Below are positions 54,888 through 64,000 of a stretch of DNA of 64,000 nucleotides, piece after piece. Both the position numbers and the translations under genes were made by a program. The stretch is taken from the NCBI GenBank assembly GCA_965200895.1, contig CBDAVM010000002.1:1701089-1765088 (forward strand), given 5' to 3'. How positions within the stretch are numbered: position 1 is the stretch's first letter; each line of letters starts with the position of its first letter. Below the pieces are notes generated by a model that worked only from the letters and a program-made list of their open reading frames with translations, was not told the DNA's origin and did no database searches. This DNA comes from Vicinamibacterales bacterium. Lineage in GTDB: Bacteria > Acidobacteriota > Vicinamibacteria > Vicinamibacterales > UBA8438.

Positions 54888-56156
54888 ATGCTGGCGCTCG
54901 CCATCTCGGGGGCGGTCTGGTCCGCGGTGCCCGCGGTGGCGCCCGCAGCAGCGGCGTGGGCGGCGCTCGCCCTGCTGTGGCCGGGCATCGGCCGCCGGCA
55001 GCAGGTGCAGGCGCTCGTGTTCATCGCGATGGGGCTGGCTGCGTTCCTCTGGGGCGCGGGCCGCGGCGCAGCCCTGCGGTTCGACAGTCTGCTGGGCCAG
55101 AACCAGCCGATCCTGTCGATGCTGGCCTCGATCACCCTGCTGCGGTTGTTGAATCGCCCGCCGCGAACGGACGAACCGGTGCTGCCGCGCGGGCTGGGCG
55201 CCTATCTGCAGAACATGCTGGGGGTGCACGCTTTCGGATCGGTCATCAACATCTCGGCCGTCATCATCATGTCCGACCGGCTGGCGCGCGTGCAGCGGCT
55301 CGGGTTCACGCAGGCGCAGCTCTTCAGTCGCGCGTTCAGCGCTGTCGCCTTCTACTCGCCGTTCATCGGCGGCGTGGCCCTGGGTCTGTCCTACACGCCC
55401 GGCTCGAATCCGCTGGTGATGATGCTGTTCGGGCTTCCGCTCGCGGCGGCCGCCTTCCTGTGGCTGTACTGGTACGCGCGCAGCGGTCGCGCCGAAGACA
55501 TCGAGGGCTTCCGCGGCTATCCGCTGCACCCGCAGGATCTGAAGGTGCCGCTGGCGCTCGGCGCCGGGGTGCTCCTCGCCTACATGACGATGCCCGGCTA
55601 TTCGGTGCTGACGCTGATCACCATGGTCACCCCCGCCGTGGTCCTGGGCGTCCTGCTCAAGCGGCACGGCCCGCGCGGTCTGCGCCCGGCGTTCGCGGAG
55701 TACGTTCGGGAGCGCGCACCGCAGATGGGCGGCGAGCTGGCGCTCTTCCTCGGCGCCGGCGTGCTGGCGGCCGGTCTGGTCGCTGCGGCGGCCGGAACCG
55801 GCGACCGGGTGATCTTCCCGGAACTGGACGGATTCCTTGCCAGCCTGCTGGTGCTGGCCTTCATTGCGACGTCGATGGCCTGCATCCACCCCGCAGTGCT
55901 GGTCGGCGTCACCGTCGCGCTGGTGGAGACGATCGAGTTCGACCCCACGCTGCTGGCCACGACGTTCGCGATGGGGTGGGGACTGGGGTGCGCCGTCAAT
56001 CCCCTGTCCGGGGTCAATATCGTGCTGGCCAGCCGCTACGGCGCCGACAACTGGCGCATTGCGCGCAGCAACGTGGCCTTCAGCGTCACGCTGTACTTCG
56101 TCGCCGTGGGGTTGCTCTACCTGTACGAGTCCACGAGGCTCCAGTCCGGGCCCTGA
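54888..56156 (+). CDS. Polytopic membrane protein, function unknown (possible transporter)
   Basis: About 11-12 hydrophobic segments across 422 aa; no motif recognised. Start set at the first in-frame ATG after the DUF3604 stop, but it could lie further upstream. Confidence 0.55.
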   Translation: MLALAISGAVWSAVPAVAPAAAAWAALALLWPGIGRRQQVQALVFIAMGLAAFLWGAGRGAALRFDSLLGQNQPILSMLASITLLRLLNRPPRTDEPVLPRGLGAYLQNMLGVHAFGSVINISAVIIMSDRLARVQRLGFTQAQLFSRAFSAVAFYSPFIGGVALGLSYTPGSNPLVMMLFGLPLAAAAFLWLYWYARSGRAEDIEGFRGYPLHPQDLKVPLALGAGVLLAYMTMPGYSVLTLITMVTPAVVLGVLLKRHGPRGLRPAFAEYVRERAPQMGGELALFLGAGVLAAGLVAAAAGTGDRVIFPELDGFLASLLVLAFIATSMACIHPAVLVGVTVALVETIEFDPTLLATTFAMGWGLGCAVNPLSGVNIVLASRYGADNWRIARSNVAFSVTLYFVAVGLLYLYESTRLQSGP

Positions 56157-56239
56157 GACGCAGCGTCAATCGGCGGACCGCCACGCGGTTCGATGGGTGT
56201 CCTGGTGTTCATCGTGTGAGATTCCCCGCTGACGGGTGT

Positions 56240-56616
56240 TCAGTTGACCGGGTTGTCTGGCGCGGTGCGCTCGAGGATCTGGAGCAGCAGACTGCGCATC
56301 TCCCGCATCTCAGTGCGGACCTCGCCGATGTCGGCACGCATCTCGGCACGCATCCCGTGCATCCCGGTGCGCAGCTCGGCGCGCATCTCGCGCATGTCGA
56401 TCTGCATTTGGTCCATCCGGTTGTTGGTGTCGTCGATTCGGGCGTTGAGGGTGGCGTTCTGCTGGAACATCATGCTGATGAGGTAATGATCGTGCGGACG
56501 GCGATCTCGCCGTCGCTTGCTGGCGGGAATGGCCCGCTGCGTCGTGCCGAACACGGCGTGGACGGCCTCGGCGTCGCGCTCGCGGCTGAGGATGGCGTCG
56601 AGACTTCCGTGTTCCA

Positions 56617-56620
<4 letters not shown>
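56240..56620 (-). CDS. Met/Arg-rich coiled-coil small protein (126 aa), translationally coupled to hsdR
   Basis: Its ATG overlaps the hsdR TGA (ATGA at 56620-56617). The C-terminal half [49 protein letters not shown] shows a heptad-like repeat. No family recognised. Confidence 0.55.
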
Positions 56621-59756
<3,136 letters not shown>

Positions 59757-59757
<1 letters not shown>

Positions 59758-60263
59758 CAACCAGCGGCTCCGCTGTGCTCGAGCACGAACCGCGCTCGCT
59801 CACGTCGCAACATCTCGTACGGGGTCATGCAGCGCACGCCGAGGGCGACGCAGGCGTTCGGAATCTTGATCTTGCGGTCGGTATTTGCGGGAACCTCGTG
59901 CGTCACGACGATGCAGTCGTGAGCCACCGCGTGCGCAACGAGCCAGTAGTCAGCGACCTGCAGGAAAGTCCCAACCGCCGCGGACGTATAGCCCGCGCCA
60001 CCGGCCCAGTCGCTCACGGTCTGAAGCGTACCGAGCACGGAGTCGTCCGGCCTCAGAAAGAAGCCGCTGCCGCGCTCGGCAGCCCATCGGGCCAGATCGT
60101 CGTCAACGGCATGGAGTTCATCGGCAACCTTCTCGACGCTCGCCACCGTTCCGTCCGCGTTCCTGCGGATCAGCCAGTCCCAGAATGCGGGGCAGAAGTC
60201 GAAGCCGTAGTGGAGATTCTTGGCCTGAATGAAGACGTTTGCGTCGAGGAGGTACCGGATCAC
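59757..60263 (-). CDS. DUF4411 PIN-like domain protein
   Basis: [31 protein letters not shown]...SVEKVADEL...LARWA...[20 protein letters not shown]...KIKIPNAC follows the DUF4411 pattern. Its GTG start overlaps the ImmA stop (GTGA). Confidence 0.8.
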
Positions 60264-61414
60264 GACAACGCCCCGACTTCACGTCCGAGGCGGTCGAAGG
60301 TCTCGGTCCTGGAGATACCAAGCATGCGATAGGCGTCCCGATAAAGCGTCTGCCCCTCCAGCGTGCTGACCACGACCGCCTGAACGAACCGGCGGCTCAT
60401 GCGAGAGAGCGTCGTCCGATAGAAGTCGCCTCCGCCACTGCCGCGCTGTGCAAGTTTGCGCAGACGGGTCGATTCGTGCGCCCAGGCCGCGTCGAACCTG
60501 TCGCGGTCAAGCCGGTTCGCATCAAGCAGGCGCCGCAGAATGACCAGCGGGCTGACCTTGAACGTGCGCGCCAGCCGGGCGAGTGCGTCGGGAAGCGCCT
60601 CGTCGTCGCGCAGTTCGGCCCGCAGTGCGTCCAACGGCGCCAGCAGCTCGGCCGCGACGGCGTTGCACCAGATTTCTTCACGCCGCTGTTGCTGAGTCGG
60701 CGCCGCCTCGCTGTTCGACAAGGCGGAGGCGCCGAGCCAAAGATGCGCAAGCTCGTGGGCCAGCGTGAACATCTGCGCCGCCTTCGTATCGGCGCCATTG
60801 ACGAAGACGAGCGGCGCCAGGGGGTCGGACAGTGCGAAGCCGCGGAACTCCGCGGGATCGAGCCGGCGGCTCGTGTTGCTCCCGACGACCCCGCTCACCA
60901 TGACGAGCACGCCCGCGTCCTCGGCTTGTCCGATCAGCAGCCGCAACGCATCGGTCCATGTCGGGCACGCGTGTCGGGCGGCCAGATCGACACCGAGCCG
61001 GGCGCCGATCATGGGCGCGACGGTCTCGGGCGCGATCGCGATGGTTGCGCTGCCGACGAAATCCGCGGCCGGTTGCCCGGCAATGCGGACGAACTCGCGA
61101 TACCAGCTCTGCCGCTCCTGGCAGGCGTGGATGGTGTCCAGCAGGTCAGGGCTCGGCCGCTCCAACGCCTGCCCGGCCAGGGTGCGGAAGTCCGCGATGG
61201 GCAGGGACTCTTCGGGAGGCTCGCTGAGGAACAGATAGCCGACTGGAACGTGGACCGCGCGGGCGAAGTCCTCAACCTGCCGCAGGGTGGGCCGGACCTC
61301 GCCCGCTTCCCACGCCGGCAACTTCCTGAACCGCGCCGCAAGACTCTCCGGCGCGAGGCCGGCGCGCTCGCGCGCCCAGCGGATCAGCGCCGGATTGACG
61401 GGCGCGCGCATCAT
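60260..61414 (-). CDS. XRE-type HTH + ImmA/IrrE family zinc metallopeptidase
   Basis: ATG 61414 sits 6 nt after GAGGGAGGTG. N-terminal HTH (LIRWARERAGLAPESLAARF...WEAGEVRPTLRQVEDFARAVHVPVGYLF). HEXXH in FTLAHELAHLWLG, with a downstream E in CNAVAAELLAP. Confidence 0.8.
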   Translation of the reverse strand: MMRAPVNPALIRWARERAGLAPESLAARFRKLPAWEAGEVRPTLRQVEDFARAVHVPVGYLFLSEPPEESLPIADFRTLAGQALERPSPDLLDTIHACQERQSWYREFVRIAGQPAADFVGSATIAIAPETVAPMIGARLGVDLAARHACPTWTDALRLLIGQAEDAGVLVMVSGVVGSNTSRRLDPAEFRGFALSDPLAPLVFVNGADTKAAQMFTLAHELAHLWLGASALSNSEAAPTQQQRREEIWCNAVAAELLAPLDALRAELRDDEALPDALARLARTFKVSPLVILRRLLDANRLDRDRFDAAWAHESTRLRKLAQRGSGGGDFYRTTLSRMSRRFVQAVVVSTLEGQTLYRDAYRMLGISRTETFDRLGREVGALS

Positions 61415-61440
61415 GGTCGCCACCTCCCTCAAGTGTCTTC

Positions 61441-62565
61441 TCATGCCTGTCCGTCGTCGCGAAAGACGCTTTCCACGTGCGGATTCAGCAATCTCCAGCG
61501 CTGGCCGGTGCGCTCGAGGTCCCCCGTCAACACCACCAGCGCCCGGTCCTTGTGGGCCTGAACCGCCCGGTCGTAGTCCGCCTGCTCCAGAACCGCCACG
61601 ACCGACTGCCGTTGCCCGTCGATCTCGGTTGCGAGACGGATCGTGCCGTCGTCCTCGGTCTCTCCGCGTTTCAGGAGCCGAACGAATCCGTGGAGACGCA
61701 CGTCGGGCCGGGGGGCGCGCTCGCGGAGCGACCGGGCCGCCTCGCGCAGGATTGGCGCATCGGCCCGACCGAATCGAACCACCGTCGTCGGCGCCGCCCG
61801 GGGTCGGGTCCGGGCCCACGAGATGCCCACGTCCAGCGTCGGGAAAGGCTCGACGAGCCGCACCAGCGCCTCCCACAGATTGGCGCTCACGCCCCGCGCC
61901 ACCGCGCCCGCGAAGGTGCTCCCGTCGCCGGCTGTTGCCGATTCGGTCGCCTCGCGCGCCGCCGTGAGCGCCTCCGCCAATCGCCTCGTCATCCGGCGTT
62001 CGATCGGCGCCTGCCGGTCGTCCGGATCCGGAAGCACCCCGGGCATCGGCGGCGGTACGACCGGCGTCAGCAGCGTGACCACGAAACTGCCCTGGTCGGT
62101 CTGTCCCACGCGCACACGGCTCAACAGGTCGCTCGCCGCGCGGTTCGGACCGTCACGGTAGACGGCCTGCGGTTCCCGAAGCGAACAGGCTGCCGACAGC
62201 AGCATGTCGCGCGCACCCGCGACGAGGTCGATGCCGTCGTGCAGCGTCAGGCTGCCGTCGTCGCTCTCCCCGGCGCGAAGGCGGACGACGTCGCGGTCCG
62301 CCGTCACGAGGGACCGGTAGACGGTCAATTGGTCCTGATCGGCGACCTGCGAGAAGGTCTCGACCAGTGTCGCCACGACGTTGGCGTAGTCCCCGAGGTG
62401 AGCCGTGCGCGGGACGATGATCTCCGGCAGCGCCTCGCCGTCGTAGACGTCCGAGTGCTCTCCGTACGGTTCGGACCGCCGCCAGCCGGCGGCGCGCACA
62501 TAGGCGGTGAGGGCGGCCGGCGAGACCGCCCGCAGCGCGTCGGCGTCGCGAATGCTGACCTTCAT
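61441..62565 (-). CDS. Hypothetical protein (374 aa), no recognisable domain; first gene of the ImmA/DUF4411/HsdR block
   Basis: ATG 62565; balanced, non-repetitive composition, unlike the Arg-rich antisense ORF. MKVSIRDADALRAVSPAALTAYVRAAGWRRSEPYGEH...; the stop lies 26 nt before the ImmA start. The first 78 codons are duplicated at 63667-63900. Confidence 0.65.
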   Translation of the reverse strand: MKVSIRDADALRAVSPAALTAYVRAAGWRRSEPYGEHSDVYDGEALPEIIVPRTAHLGDYANVVATLVETFSQVADQDQLTVYRSLVTADRDVVRLRAGESDDGSLTLHDGIDLVAGARDMLLSAACSLREPQAVYRDGPNRAASDLLSRVRVGQTDQGSFVVTLLTPVVPPPMPGVLPDPDDRQAPIERRMTRRLAEALTAAREATESATAGDGSTFAGAVARGVSANLWEALVRLVEPFPTLDVGISWARTRPRAAPTTVVRFGRADAPILREAARSLRERAPRPDVRLHGFVRLLKRGETEDDGTIRLATEIDGQRQSVVAVLEQADYDRAVQAHKDRALVVLTGDLERTGQRWRLLNPHVESVFRDDGQA

Positions 62566-62592
62566 CAGATCACTTCTCGTGGGATCGTCGCC
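62332..62592. repeat. Direct repeat copy 1 (5' end of the 374-aa gene plus ~27 bp upstream)
   Basis: Hand alignment of 62332-62565 with 63667-63900 gives 234 bp, no indels and 9 mismatches (about 96%). Weaker similarity continues about 27 bp past the ATG. Confidence 0.85.
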
Positions 62593-62836
62593 TTCCGGCC
62601 CGCCCCGGGCGATCCGCCAGCCTCGCGATCCACTTCCGGTCGAACCTCTGCGACCACTTGTCGACGGTGGTCGTGGACATGCCGACCTCCTGCGCAACGT
62701 CCGCTTGCCTCATGCCCTGGCCGCGCAGGAGCACGATACGGGGCGCGGAGGCTGTCGCGGGTGATAAACGCCGATCCGGTGTCGGAACAGATGCGTCGGG
62801 CCTGTACCCGTTACCTTTCGAGCGAGTCCGCGACAT
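62570..62836 (-). CDS. Small HTH protein resembling the N-terminal DNA-binding part of IS630-type transposases (fragment or exapted regulator)
   Basis: APRIVLLRGQGMRQADVAQEVGMSTTTVDKWSQRFDRKWIARLADRPGRAGR matches the rariVLl..G.s...iA..lg.s..TV.kW..Rf...G...L.DrpR.GR pattern. No DDE domain follows. The stop lies 4 nt before the 374-aa gene ATG. The ATG 62836 overlaps the upstream gene end by 26 nt. Confidence 0.5.
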   Translation of the reverse strand: MSRTRSKGNGYRPDASVPTPDRRLSPATASAPRIVLLRGQGMRQADVAQEVGMSTTTVDKWSQRFDRKWIARLADRPGRAGRRRSHEK

Positions 62837-63569
62837 CGTAACCCTTCCTCGTGACCTCAAACAAGTTCCGAGCATCCCCTGTGGCCCTGACGAAATCGTT
62901 AGCCTCCAGTTCTTCCATCCCGGCGACCCAGGAAGCCACGTCCCTGGGTCGGACGTTCTGAGGAATGAATGATCTTTCACCCACCTGAATAGACACACCT
63001 GGGGAACCCAGACCGCGGCGGTACTTAATTTTTCCGTCTCCGACCGCGGCAGTCCTGAGAATTTCTTTCGCTTCGCGCGACAACGACTTGCTGAGATCGT
63101 CTGAACTGACGAGCAATAGCTGCCCTACCTCGAGGTTGTTGTTCTCGATACTCCTCCCTCGTGCGCTGTCCGCAGCGAGCCGTGCAGTTACTCGCTCCAC
63201 GATATCCCTGTGAAGCTGTTTGAAGTCACTTGGCGTCGCCGTCCCATACTTGATGACAACCCGATGCCGAATATCGAACGGCAACCGCTCAGATCGGGAC
63301 TTCGCACAGATCATGACTACCGGCCCACCCGCGGCGTACGCGAATCCGAGCTCGTACCACACATTCGGGTTGTCAGTCGTGATGTCGGCAAGACAGATGT
63401 CGGCGTTCCGTATTCGATCCTCGATTGCCTCGATTGGTACATCGACAGCCGGATCGCGATCAACTCGATACGGCTCAACGCCGGCTTCGTTCAGGGCCGG
63501 CGCAAATACTTCGTCGTATCTCTTGTCGTTTTCGTCGTCGAACGGCTGGATCACAAAACACATTGGCAT
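62811..63569 (-). CDS. Low-GC gene: nucleoside 2-deoxyribosyltransferase/TIR-like Rossmann-fold N-terminal domain + unassigned C-terminal domain (252 aa)
   Basis: GAGGAA RBS. CFVIQPFDDENDKRYDEVFAPALNEAG...ADICLADITTDNPNVWYELGFAYAAGGPVVMICAK resembles the D..G/N....E.G.A.A.G.P core of NDT-fold proteins. The C-terminal ~110 aa are unassigned. GC is visibly lower than the flanks. Confidence 0.6.
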   Translation of the reverse strand: MPMCFVIQPFDDENDKRYDEVFAPALNEAGVEPYRVDRDPAVDVPIEAIEDRIRNADICLADITTDNPNVWYELGFAYAAGGPVVMICAKSRSERLPFDIRHRVVIKYGTATPSDFKQLHRDIVERVTARLAADSARGRSIENNNLEVGQLLLVSSDDLSKSLSREAKEILRTAAVGDGKIKYRRGLGSPGVSIQVGERSFIPQNVRPRDVASWVAGMEELEANDFVRATGDARNLFEVTRKGYDVADSLER

Positions 63570-63624
63570 GGCATTCCTCAGTCAATACGAGTCCACACTT
63601 CTTCGCGGCGAACGACGTTGGCCC

Positions 63625-63900
63625 TCAACTTGCGACCCGCCTCGGCAGCAAAAGGAGTGTGCACGCGTCCTGATCGGCGATCTGCGGGAACGTCTCGACC
63701 AGTGTCGCCACGACGTTGGCGTAGTCCCCGAGGTGAGCGGTGCGCGGGACGATGATCTCCGGCCGCGCATCGCCGTCGTAGACGTCCGAGTGCTCTCCGT
63801 ACGGTTCGGACCGCGGCCAGCCGGCGGCGCGCACATACCCGGTGAGGGCGGCCGGCGAGACCGCCCGCAGCGCGTCGGCGTCGCGAATGCTGACCTTCAT
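63625..63900 (-). pseudogene. Truncated duplicate of the 374-aa gene (first 78 codons, then unrelated tail)
   Basis: MKVSIRDADALRAVSPAALTGYVRAAGWPRSEPYGEHSDVYDGDARPEIIVPRTAHLGDYANVVATLVETFPQIADQD, then ACTLLLLPRRVAS and a stop. Similarity to 61441..62565 ends exactly at the repeat boundary. Confidence 0.7.
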
Positions 63901-63929
63901 CAGATGATCCCTCTCGTGCGAGCGTCGCC
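63667..63929. repeat. Direct repeat copy 2
   Basis: See 62332..62592. Confidence 0.85.
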
Positions 63930-64000
63930 CCGGTCCGGCGGGTCGGCCGGCTGGGGGAGTCGTCGAGCGTGTCGTCGGGGAGGTTGGGATTGAGACAGGC
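63915..64000 (-). pseudogene. Second hsdR 5'-region fragment (continues beyond the window end)
   Basis: 63959-64000 aligns with 59550-59591 (35/42 identical by hand). The minus-strand translation ACLNPNLPDDTLDDSPSRPTRRTGATLAR parallels HsdR residues [30 protein letters not shown]. Confidence 0.45.

Noticed and set aside
50491-56240. Genomic island integrated at tRNA-Pro
   Set aside because: I found no direct repeat of the tRNA 3' end downstream. The adjacent genes (PPIase, HupE, DUF3604, membrane protein) have host-like composition and no integrase. The integrase fragment in the window is 7.5 kb away on the other side.

Overview
High-GC (about 70% by eye) bacterial chromosomal segment. Two very large TonB-dependent receptors with carboxypeptidase-regulatory-like N-termini, many exported hydrolases and REP-like hairpins suggest an Acidobacteriota- or Gemmatimonadota-like organism (inference only). 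About 50 genes are supportable. They include a LacD-type aldolase, Slt-like lytic transglycosylase, GGT, an MNT/HEPN pair, a TAXI-TRAP transporter, EttA, HspQ, an FGE-type enzyme, lactate permease, an EVE protein, tRNA-Pro(UGG), a PpiC-type PPIase, HupE and a DUF3604 protein. GC bias fills the six-frame track with long antisense ORFs, which I rejected wherever the opposite strand carried recognisable motifs. Two accessory patches stand out. (1) 56.2-64.0 kb holds a gap-free minus-strand array: NDT/TIR-fold gene, small HTH, unassigned 374-aa protein, XRE-ImmA/IrrE protease, DUF4411 PIN-like protein, full HsdR, and a Met/Arg-rich coiled-coil protein. No HsdM/HsdS is visible. A 96%-identical ~234-bp duplication brackets a low-GC cassette, and a second hsdR 5' fragment sits at the window edge. 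This is my best candidate for an undescribed defence-type system. (2) 42.4-45.3 kb is a decayed mobile patch: integrase remnant, REP copies, an intact NHLP-type RiPP precursor (core AAWYCYSC), a twice-frameshifted cyclodehydratase remnant and an Rpn/YhgA-like nuclease. Other items are three secreted paralogs of an unassigned 'YEYACHE(G/A)NY' family, a cNMP-domain/acyltransferase fusion, and a polytopic membrane protein fused to Cys-rich Sel1-like repeats and coupled to an FGE gene. Several conserved genes carry frameshifts or in-frame stops (slt, HEPN, LDI-like, cyclodehydratase); this may be real decay or assembly error. All family assignments come from motif recognition by eye, with no searches run.
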